DNA from: Lophium mytilinum | Taxonomy: Eukaryota | Assembly: GCA_010093605.1 (NCBI GenBank) | Contig: MU004191.1 | Span: 1,720,816-1,784,815 of the forward strand | Reading direction: 5' to 3' | Length of the DNA stretch: 64,000 nucleotides | Part shown: piece by piece, positions 38,469-48,370 of the stretch | Position numbering within the stretch: position 1 is the stretch's first letter | Layout of the letters: each line of letters opens with the position of its first letter | Made by a program: the position numbers and the translations under genes | Notes under the pieces: generated by a model | Seen by the model: only the letters and a program-made list of their open reading frames with translations | Databases searched by the model: none | Told to the model about the DNA's origin: nothing

Positions 38469-39440
38469 TCTGGAGGGTCGAGCTGGATATGCGTGAGAGT
38501 TGAGAGATGAGACTTGGATAATCTGAGTTTCGATCGGTAAGAGCGCGGGAAAGACTAGATGGCCTGATTTGAGCCTCGATCAAGCAAACTCAAAGCTATC
38601 TTTAGCTAGTCTATAGGATCCAAGCCCCTGGAGTCCCTGGGCACATTGGATAGAGTAGGAATGAGAGATCTTTGATACATGAATAGAGCCAACCTAAAAT
38701 TGCACGCTGTGAATTATATTGAGTCCGCACTAATGCTTTTACTGAGGTCTTGTCCCTCCTTCTATCGCCGTCTCTACTTTGGAGAGTGAGTTTTGTTCCC
38801 TTATAGAGCTTCAGCGTGGTGCAGCTGACTCCATTGTCTTGTCGTTCGTGTATCAACAGAGTCTCTGAGGCTTCCTGTTGTGTCAGGCCTCGTTCATCTG
38901 ATGCTGTCTCAGACGCTGTCTAAGCAGCCTCACACTCTTGTATATCCACTCTCTAGCACGCACCCAGAAGCTTATCCTATGCGTTCAGTGCATACGAATC
39001 CATCGTGTTTCGCCGTCACCCAGCGTAATCATTTGATTGCCGTGCTGTACTTTCATAATTTCATGTTTCCATCATGATCAGAGGTACGTTTTAAGCTCTG
39101 CCAATATCACGAAAAATGCGCCCGTGCTAGACCTAGTAGATGACTTACCATCAGTGCGCTTTTTGAAGATATTGTTCAAAGTCGTTACACGCACAAAGGA
39201 CGCTCTCGCCCTTATGAAAGTTGATTTACAGTATCTTATTATAGAAGGTTGTATACACTCATTCTAGATTTATAGACATCTCTCTAACATTATCTAGGGT
39301 GACCTCCCAAGTTAACAGTTCTCTAAAATGCTAAGCTTCTTCTATATCGTAACTCTTATACGAGACTCCATACGAGGCACTGTAATGCTTTCAGAGAAAT
39401 CCAAATACCGAAACATTGTGAGAGTCGCACAAGGACAATG

Positions 39441-39504
39441 TCCTTGTTAGTCGCCCGAAGATTCACTCCTTGTTAGTAGCCCTAGGGTTCGTTCCTTGTT
39501 TAGT
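39441..39504 (+). promoter_or_regulatory. Three TCCTTGTT(T)AGT motifs at exact 26-bp spacing upstream of the triple-SRR1 gene
   Basis: Copies start at 39441, 39467 and 39493. Confidence 0.55.
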
Positions 39505-39723
39505 ATATGTATGATCTCTACACTCATGCTTTTACTTTTCAATTTTCCCCCAAAGTTCAACCAAAAATACGACCGGCTTGATCCCAAGTTCAATAAAATC
39601 ACTTACGTCCTCTTCTAGTTCTCAGATAAGACTTTTGCTGCTCTAGAGTTCAAGCACGACGCCCGAGTAGCCTGTCCACCTACAGTGGACACATCCAGAA
39701 AGATTAAGAGGTCCATAAACGCA

Positions 39724-41808
39724 ATGAAAATGTCGGAGGAAGCAACACGCTTGCTCGAAACCTACCAAAAAGAATGGCGTAGTTCCAGATTCTCCTATGC
39801 CATCAAAACCCAGCTCAAAGATGTGGTCAAGAATCAAGTAGAGCCCATTGACAACGCAGTATTGCTCGGATTGGGCTGCTATCGGTTCCAAGACGACGAG
39901 CATGAGGGTCATCGCCCTTTTCTAGGTCAGCTGGTCATCTTCCTCGATCTTGTCAAGTACTTGTCTAACATTCAAGCTCAGGTCCACCCACGAAAGACCG
40001 TCACCATGTTCGCCGCGGACCCTTCCTTCGAAAAGATCGATGAGGCAATACTAGAGCATTACAACATCAAAGTTCTACCTCACGCCGCCAACTACCGCAA
40101 ACATGTCGGAAGCTCCACATTCGTGTTTTCAGCTTACGCTTACCATGTTATCGAAGCAGGTGTTGTCCGTCAACGTCCGGGCCTGTACCTGGGCACTGAC
40201 TGTAAAAAGCGATTCGACTTTTATGATCAGCAGGTTGACTACCCAGGAGCCACTGATAATGATGGACGGCTCCAAGCCATGCAAGGGAAAGCATCTTTCA
40301 AGAAATTTATGAAGCACTCCTCGGAGATAAAATTCCCAGACGCATCAGGGACACCTTGGTGGAGGAGTGTGAGCGGGCTGTGCTTTTACTGGCCCAAGCC
40401 AGTCGCAGTTGTAGAGCCTGAGGTCGAGTTCCAAGAGCATCAGAAGGCATGGAAGGCGTCTCAATTCTCCGTGGATCTTCGAAATCTGTTGCAAGCTCGA
40501 CCGGGGGCCATTGAAACGGCAGTGCTACTCGGAATGGGCAGTGTCAAGGGTCTTGCCGGTCCTGGATGGCAAGCAAAGCGCATGTATCAGCTTGTGATAT
40601 TCCTCGATATTGTCGACAAACTTTCAAGGGCGCAGTCTGACATGAAAATCAAGATGATCGCCTCGGATCCTGCTTTCAACGATATCGACAAGAAGCTTCT
40701 GAAAGGCCTCGACATCGAGGTTGTCGATCGGTCTTCCCCTACCTCAAATTACGAAGACGAATGGAATGTTGGTCCATCTACATTTGTCTTTGCGGCAGGC
40801 GTTCCATTTGATGTTGATCTCGACGTCGCCTCGCGCAACCCGGGCCTCTATCTTGGCCCCGATTGGGCTGGACGCTTGGATTTCTGTCATCTTTCTGATC
40901 AAAAAATCAAAGGAAAGGTTTACGAAGATCTGCTTCATGGCAGTACTGAGGAAATCTTCCCGTCCGCAATCAATAGAATTGACAAGACGAAGGCCCCTCC
41001 GGAAGGCTGGGAAGAGCTGCAGCGCCTGACACTTGGAGCTGTTGACTCTATGTGCTTCTACTGGCCGAAGAAGTTCTCGACCGAAGAGCAGGCTGCCCTT
41101 CCTGTACTAGGTGAGCACTATTCCATGCCCTTCATTAGATGTCAGAATGCTTGGAACTCCTCTAGATTTCGCGGTGAGCTGAGAGCACTCCTCGCGAAGG
41201 AATTCAAACATGCTGGGTCTATTGATACTGCAATTCTACTAGGTGTGGGGAGTATCTCAGCCGCGCATCGCAAGGGGCAATACAACAAGACAAGCGTCCT
41301 CAACCAACTCGTTATCTTCCTTGACATCGTCGAATATCTTTCAGATGCTCGCGGAGGTCGTAGTATCAAAGTTCTCGCTTCAGAGCCAAACTTCCACGAC
41401 ATTGACAAGAAGATGCTGCAAGATCTCGGGATCCAAATCCTACCGGAGAACGAATGGGAATCGGAATGCGGCCCATCCTCTTTTGTCTTCGCGGCAAAGC
41501 TACCATTTTTCATTGACGTGAAGGTCGTCTCAAAGAATCCGGGCCTTTATCTGGGTCCCAGCAAAGAAGCCCGACAAGCCGGTGTAGCGACGGCAAATTG
41601 CAGGGAGGTTTATGAGGACTTCTTCCAGTGGCGTATTGAGAGTTTCTTCCCGTCTGCGGAGAGATACGGCCAAGCGAGCGTTCCAGAGGGCTGGAGAGAT
41701 TTGAAAAAGCTGACGGCAGGAGCTGTCATATGGATGGCCTTTTACTGGCCCGAAATAGAGGCTTTGGATAAAGTTCGATTTTCCCTTGAGCAATTCCTCG
41801 TGTGGTAG
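39724..41808 (+). CDS. Protein of three tandem SRR1-like domains, intronless
   Basis: A unit of about 220 aa repeats three times: W..S.F...L ... I[DE].A[VI]LLG.G ... QLVIFLD[IL]V..LS ... A[AS][DE]P.F..ID...L....I.V ... G.S[TS]FVF.A ... PGLYLG ... FYWP. The LGxG, QL and DPxF..D motifs match the SRR1 family. Confidence 0.75.
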   Translation: MKMSEEATRLLETYQKEWRSSRFSYAIKTQLKDVVKNQVEPIDNAVLLGLGCYRFQDDEHEGHRPFLGQLVIFLDLVKYLSNIQAQVHPRKTVTMFAADPSFEKIDEAILEHYNIKVLPHAANYRKHVGSSTFVFSAYAYHVIEAGVVRQRPGLYLGTDCKKRFDFYDQQVDYPGATDNDGRLQAMQGKASFKKFMKHSSEIKFPDASGTPWWRSVSGLCFYWPKPVAVVEPEVEFQEHQKAWKASQFSVDLRNLLQARPGAIETAVLLGMGSVKGLAGPGWQAKRMYQLVIFLDIVDKLSRAQSDMKIKMIASDPAFNDIDKKLLKGLDIEVVDRSSPTSNYEDEWNVGPSTFVFAAGVPFDVDLDVASRNPGLYLGPDWAGRLDFCHLSDQKIKGKVYEDLLHGSTEEIFPSAINRIDKTKAPPEGWEELQRLTLGAVDSMCFYWPKKFSTEEQAALPVLGEHYSMPFIRCQNAWNSSRFRGELRALLAKEFKHAGSIDTAILLGVGSISAAHRKGQYNKTSVLNQLVIFLDIVEYLSDARGGRSIKVLASEPNFHDIDKKMLQDLGIQILPENEWESECGPSSFVFAAKLPFFIDVKVVSKNPGLYLGPSKEARQAGVATANCREVYEDFFQWRIESFFPSAERYGQASVPEGWRDLKKLTAGAVIWMAFYWPEIEALDKVRFSLEQFLVW

Positions 41809-42242
41809 CCGCGCTCTCAAAGCGCTATCTTTTTCGGTTTCTTTGCAAAGACCGTATCTAATAGCTGTCTAATGCAATGTAAATCCCTTCAAAAAAACCT
41901 TTATTGTGCTGATTGGTTACAGGCTGCAAAGCTTTGAATCTCCTACTTCAGTTCTTAGGTAGCAAATTCCTGTTCAATTGTGTTTGTCTCAAAAGAAGTG
42001 TTCTAGCCAGCGGCGAGGGTATAGATTGACGAATATGCAAGAAATATAACTTGACGATAGCTCATCGCTTGAATAAGGAGAAGGTGGTCAAGGTTGGCAC
42101 GCCTGACGAGTTGCTCGCTAGGATGGCGAGGAAGAAGAATGCGGGGGTGAGGAAATGGAAGACGACGAAGAGGAGGAGGAGGAAGGAGCGGATAAGGCTT
42201 GGTTTAGGGAGATGTGGGATACTGCTTAGTGAAGATAGACAG

Positions 42243-44126
42243 TTAGAGAGAATTCGCAGCCATTAGAACTAGCATTCCAAACGCATCACCGCTCACCATC
42301 CATGAACTCAGGTCATTCATCTTATCCCCCCCATGTCCCCTCCCAAGCGCCATTAAATCCGCCCACCTTAAATGACCCCTCCCATCTCTTGCCCTCAGCA
42401 TCTCGTCATACTTTTCTATCCATTCACCTTCCGTCGCCGCCTCCCAAAGATTTTTGTGGGCAGGAAGCGGTAGAACGGACAGCCCGACTTTAGATTTAGC
42501 CCGTCCTTCAGGTTTGATGTCGAACAGAAGGTGCAGTATGAAGAGTACCGTTACTTAAGGTGGCAATAAAGTTAGCAAATCTATCAGAATTAGAATGAAG
42601 AAAATGATATGGATTCTTTATAACAACTGTTGCGTAAGACACTTCTTCGGGGGATTCCAAGACACCACTATGGTTGTCTCGGAATACTCCCTGAGTAGTT
42701 TCAAAAACAACAAATTGCTGGGAAAGTTTTCATCTTTATCGGGAGCTTTCGTACCGGTCCTTCGTTTCGACTCCACCAACACCCACTCTTTCCATTCCGG
42801 ACGGCGGCCTTCGATCTCAGCACTGCAGACTAATTTGAACTGTCCAGCTTGGATCTCAATTTCCTAGCAAGAAGAACCGTCAGCTTGTTGACAAGCGGAG
42901 GACATCAAAGTCTCACCGTCATCGCTCTAGCGAGCTCGCTGTCGAATTCAGCGGAGAATGAGTCCTCGTCAAAGATCCTGAGGAGGATATACAACGTGAC
43001 TGCCTGAAGCATGGACAGCACAGTCCACTCATCTCCGTTCACGTATTCGTTTATAAAGCGGTTCTTTTCCATGGTTATAGTGCGCCAGATGAAAGAGCTT
43101 GTTGCAGGTGTCTTGGTGGTGTAGAGTGAGACGATCGATTTGCAAATCTCTAGTGTCGGTAAGGGAGGTGGGGTTGCGCAAGTCGGAGTTTGACACGAGT
43201 TCGGGGGTGGAAGCGACGTGCCGTGGATGAAGGGCGGCAGGTTCTTCGTTGCAAGGGCCGTAGCGTACGATTTGAAGTTCTGCAAAAGGAAGGTACGGCC
43301 GATCTGTGAGCCCGTTGAGAGATATGCGTGAATGAATGGGCTTCTGGGCGAGGTGGGGGACAGATCGTAGTCCATGGGTCGAAGGACTAGGTAGGGGGTA
43401 TGGAACATGCAGTCTGCGGGAGTTGAGAATGTCGCGTCGAGGGTTAACCCTAAGCTTGGTGATGGACTAGAGATGAACCAGTTGATCGGGGATCCATTGA
43501 ATGGATAGCCATTGGACGAAATATTAGCACCCATGTCAGAAACTTCCAAGTCTTCCACAAATCCAGCTTCCGATTCCCAGAGAGCGAGGTCGTTCTGAGG
43601 CGTTAGGTCGGGCACAGGAGCAAGCCAAAGACTAGGAGTATCCATATCTAAGCTGATCTGATCGTCATTGCCGTTGTCCGCATGGGCATTCCAACGAATG
43701 TCGGTTTGATTGCCCGGTTCCGCGATATCAACAAGCAATGTACTATCGGAGCTTGGTTCAGGTTGCTGGGCTGAGGTCGCACTCTTCCTAGTCAGTTCAT
43801 AAACACAAGTAAGGCCCCTATCATCGCATCGACTACAATTTGGGAGTTCCGAGTCGCATTTTGCTTTTGCTTTCCGACAAGCTGCACATGATTTCCTCAA
43901 GACCGGGAGACTGTCCACCAACTTCTTCCTACAGTACAGTACGTGTCGATTCCTCGAGGTTCCTAGCACGACAATTGAGTAAATGGCTAATGGGATTGTG
44001 TTTGAGAACAAAAGGAATCCTACGTTTTGTGAACGCTTTGGAGCAGATCTTGCAGAGGAACGGCCCGGTATCATTGTCGATATGCCGGTAGGAGGATGTT
44101 CCACTAGTCCTAGGCTCTGTATTCAT
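42243..44126 (-). CDS. Zn(II)2Cys6 transcription factor with an N-terminal C2HC finger; 4 exons
   Basis: Spliced CKICSKAFTKRTSRNRHVLYC, then SCAACRKAKAKCDSELPNCSRCDDRGLTCVY. C-terminal LPPFIH, MLQAVTLYILLR, WKEWVLVESKRRT, LPLPAHKNLWEA and DAFGMLVLMAANSL*. Confidence 0.9.
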
Positions 44127-44796
44127 GGACGTCTGCTGCGACCTTCGGATGTAATGGCTGATAGCAAGGCCAGGGCGGAGGAGATCAATCTTCTAAGTTG
44201 CTGCGCTTTCATGTCATCCGGATAATTTGGCTCTTGCCGCTTCGGGTTAGGCTGTTTAGCGCGCTGCAGAACACAACTCCACACCTCAACCTCACTCCGC
44301 CGTCTCTTCTTACAACAAGATCACAAATCTTTCAAGACGACCTCTATCGCCGCTCAGCTTTCTGGCCTCGAGAGATCTGGTAATTGCCCGATTGAACCAT
44401 CTATAATACTAGGGGCTCTGACGTTTACGGAGGGCCGAGCCTTCGTCTCGTCGATGCCTTTACAAGGATATCTCCGATCATTAAATCCGTGCTAGCGTTT
44501 TGTCGATTTTCCGAGCTGTACAATATTTTCCGCTACCACAATTGCCAAGTACCACCACGTTTAATGCAGTTGAATTTTATTGCATCGTTCTCGTTCATGT
44601 CCGGAGATTCTTGTCGCCCTGAAATGCCTTCGCAATTGTATAAGATGGCATGCATTTCCCCTTTCTCCTGGTCCCTTCATCATATTCTTCACCTCATCTT
44701 CATCATATTGAAGATCCCAACACTCCCATCTCTTCCATCTCATCTCAACTTCTTTCAAAGAAAATTTGCAAGTCTCTTCTGAGCATCTCAATCATA

Positions 44797-45954
44797 ATGG
44801 CAGGAGATCTCATTCTCGTAAGAAACCACAGGCTCCACAGGTTCCACAGCCGTTTTCACTAACGACAATTACTTACACCTTCATAGATAACGGGCGTTTC
44901 TGGCTATATCGGATTCAAGACTCTGATCCTAGCTCTTGAAGCAGGGTCCACAGTACGTGCGGTCATCCGCAAGGCTGAACAGGCCACAAAACTCCAGTCT
45001 CACGCTCGAGTCGCACCCCACATGGACAACCTACAATGGGTTGTTATTCAAAATCTCTCAGACACCCACTCCTTCGATCCTTACCTCGCTGGTGTCACGG
45101 GAATTCTTCATATCGCCTCCCCTACTGCCATCGAGGTATTACCCATTTCCGTACCCGTGCCTGATCGTCACGAAGCTAATCCTTTTTAGTCGGACGACTA
45201 CGACCGCGATATTATCGACCCAGCCTTAAAAGTGACCCTCTCCATCCTCAACGCCGCGCACCGCACTCCCTCAATCAAGCGTGTCGTCATCACCTCCTCT
45301 GCCGTAACCATGGTCTCCTTCGCCTGGATGTTTGGTCCCGCGCCTGCGTCCCCAGACCTCACACTATTTACCGCAGCCGACATCAACTCCAACATTGCCG
45401 GTTCCTACGGCACGTCAATGGAAGCATACTTCGCATCCAAGACCCTATCCCGCATTGCTACAAGAAAATTCATGGAGGAGAAGAAGCCAGAATTTGAGTT
45501 CGTTAACTTGCTCCCAACAGTAGTATTCGGGCCAGATGAACTGGCTACAAATGCCGCTGAGTTGGTGACGTCCGGGAACTATCTTGCACTTGGTCCGCTC
45601 CTGGATGTCAATATTCCACAGATGGTGGGGGCTACAGTGCATGTTGATGATGTGGCTAGGGCGCATGTCGATGCGTTGAAGCCGAGTGTGCAAGGGAACA
45701 AAGACTATATTTTGAGTTCTGATGCGCCGGATGGTATTGATTGGAAAGATGCGCAGGATTATGTTAGGAAGTGCTTTCCGGAAGCTGTGGAGAACGGGAC
45801 ATTGAAAATGGGGGCGAGCTCGACGGCGAGGATCTGGAGGTTGGATACTCAGGAGACGGAGAAAGAGTTTGGGTGGAAGTGCGTATCATTCAAGGAGACG
45901 TTGAAAGAGCTTGTGGGGCAATGGTTGAAGTTTGTAGCGGCGGAGAAGAATTAA
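44797..45954 (+). CDS. NAD(P)-dependent extended-SDR reductase (aldehyde reductase II / Gre2-like); 3 exons
   Basis: LILITGVSGYIG, LHIASP, KRVVITSS, catalytic YFASK and VHVDDVARAHV. Confidence 0.92.
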
Positions 45955-46205
45955 GATTGTGGTACGGTTTGATTTAGCTAGATAACTTGAATCTAATCTT
46001 GCAATTATGTGCGGAATTTAGAAAATGTCTTACCAATAGCTGTAATCATCGGACCGCTCATTATGCTTACACCGCGTGTCTCGGGACGCCGTATGGGATC
46101 TTGAAAAAGAATAAACAGCATACAGAATCTGGAGAATCCCACTACTAATCGTATCAAATAACCCAAAAATCTGGAGAAAGAGTCTCAAGCGATCGTGAAC
46201 CTGAA

Positions 46206-47777
46206 TCACCTTGTTTTACGTTTAGTCTTTTGCTCATCTTTGGAATTTGGCTGGTTTCTGGGCTTGTGGTGACGCTTGGGAACATCTGCATGCTTTGGTC
46301 GATCCTGCGGCGCGGTGCCATTCTGCTGCTTAGGTGTCTTCGCGCCTCTAGGCTTTCTCGTTTTCTGGTCAGGCTTTGTTTTCTTCTTCTCGGGTCTCCC
46401 TTCCCTCTGCTCCACTTTTCTGTCCTGCTGCTTGCCTTGTCTCCCCTTTTGCTTAGGTCTGCCCACCCTCTGCCCGATATTCCTTTCCTTCTGCTCGGGG
46501 TTCGTTTTTTTTCGCGATTCTGCTTTATTTTTTGACTCTCGGTCTTTTTTCGTAGCTTTATCGTGCGAAAAATTCCGCGAGTGTTCCGTTTTGGAGAAGT
46601 TAGCCTTCCTCGTCAGCTTAGATTTCTTCCCCTTTGGAGATTGAACTCCATTCGTTCCCAAAACATCTTCAGCCCCGACTTCAACCTGCAAATCAGGCCG
46701 CGTGACTACTTTCTTAGATGAAGTCATCTTTGAATTCCCTGTCTTGAGTAATAAACTGTCGTTGCCAATCGTAGGGCTTCCTGCCTCAGCACTCGGTCGC
46801 GACTCAGACCGTCTACGTTCCGCCTTCGTGGATATGGTTCCATCTACCTTTGGCGACATTCCTTCCCTTGGATCTTCAAATACAATTACCTGTGCCTGTT
46901 CGAGTGAGCCGTCCACCCCTTGCTCTTGCTGAAACTCAGCGACCCAACTAAGCTCTGACTTCATCTCGTTCAGCGCATGCCAGAGGAACTCGCGGCCGTA
47001 GTATTCGATCTCCTCTTGCTGAAACACCCCGCACGCGTCTATGATCTCAAAGGTTTCTAAGAGGTCATCGTGGTATATCTGCGCAAACCCTAAGAAGCGG
47101 TCTCGATCGAAATTGTAACAAAAGGTCTTAACTCATTCCATGTTCTCAGCGGCCAGGAACCTGATCACCTCGACAAGGAAACTGCCATCCTTAGTGCTGA
47201 TATCGTGCTTATCAAAGAGATGCTTAGGCTGGCGGCCCGGGTAGACATAGTGACAGGCCTCGGGGTGCTTTTGTTTGTAGCGCATCGCGAAGTCCTTGCT
47301 GGTGCTGGATCCAGATATCTCGAAACGGGCGTTAGATAGTTCAGTCGATTTACTTTCCCGCGCCCTTGCGATCCTCTCTGAGATATGGAACAGAGAGAAC
47401 ATAGCTGGGTAATTTGTCATTGTTTGAGCTTCCCATTTTGGACTTATTCCAAGGCTCAAATTTCTCATCCATTCAGTAATATAGTCTATCGCCATACCAC
47501 CCATCGTGGCACATCGCGATGAATAATTAAGGGGTTTAGGTAGTCGCCGTTTGATCGGTCTCCAATCGAAATTATGAGGATCGTGATATCTATACCGAGA
47601 TGGATCTACACGCCGACGAGGCTCATCCTGAGCTAATGCTTCTAATTTCACCGATATGAAAGGCTGCGGTATATGGTCCCAGCGCGCGAGAACCATCCCG
47701 ATGCCTTCGGATATGCATTTTCGGAGTTCTTTGTCATCTAAATATGTGCTAGAGGTAAGAGTTGCTTCGTTGATCAT
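46206..47777 (-). pseudogene. Orphan ORF with Lys-rich C-terminus interrupted by one in-frame TGA
   Basis: ORFs 47777-47133 and 47027-46206 are in the same frame. The 35 codons between them are open (ENME*VKTFCYNFDRDRFLGFAQIYHDDLLETFEIIDACGVFQQEE). Confidence 0.55.
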
Positions 47778-48370
47778 TTTTTGTATTAGTATGTGTTAGT
47801 AGAATACCGTGGTGTATGGTGCTAGTAAGAAATAAGAAAGGTCGGGATGGAGGCATCTTTCCGCTTTCTTTCTTTGTCGTGTTCTTCGAGCTTGTTGTTC
47901 TAGGTTAACGTCATCATGAATGCACAATGCTTTTGTTTTACCGCGCTTCACACAATTCTTTCGGAGTCTTACTCGCAAGTTTGAATAGAACACTCCCCCA
48001 AAGCCCACAGCGAAAGCAGTACGGGCAAAGGCGATAAAGCTCTGTGAGGTGGTGCGCTTGGCCTGGAGAGCGTGGCCATGATTCGCGACCCAAGTGTGGT
48101 TAGCTTGGCTCTAGCACAAAGAAGTAGGAAACTCCTGAAATCACCAGCAATTATGAAGATGCCTTCTTGAATTGATTTTCAATTGTTTTGTCTAGTGTTT
48201 TCCGCTTTCATATAATCGCTAGTAGTACAGAAATCATACGGAAACAGGATATCCAAAGAAGCATCCAGTGTTTTCCTTTTCTACACGTCAAACCGCTCAT
48301 CGCCCTGTAAACCGATCAATATTCGGCGCCCGGAATGTAAAAAACTGTCCACACAGTGTAAGTCAAAGAC

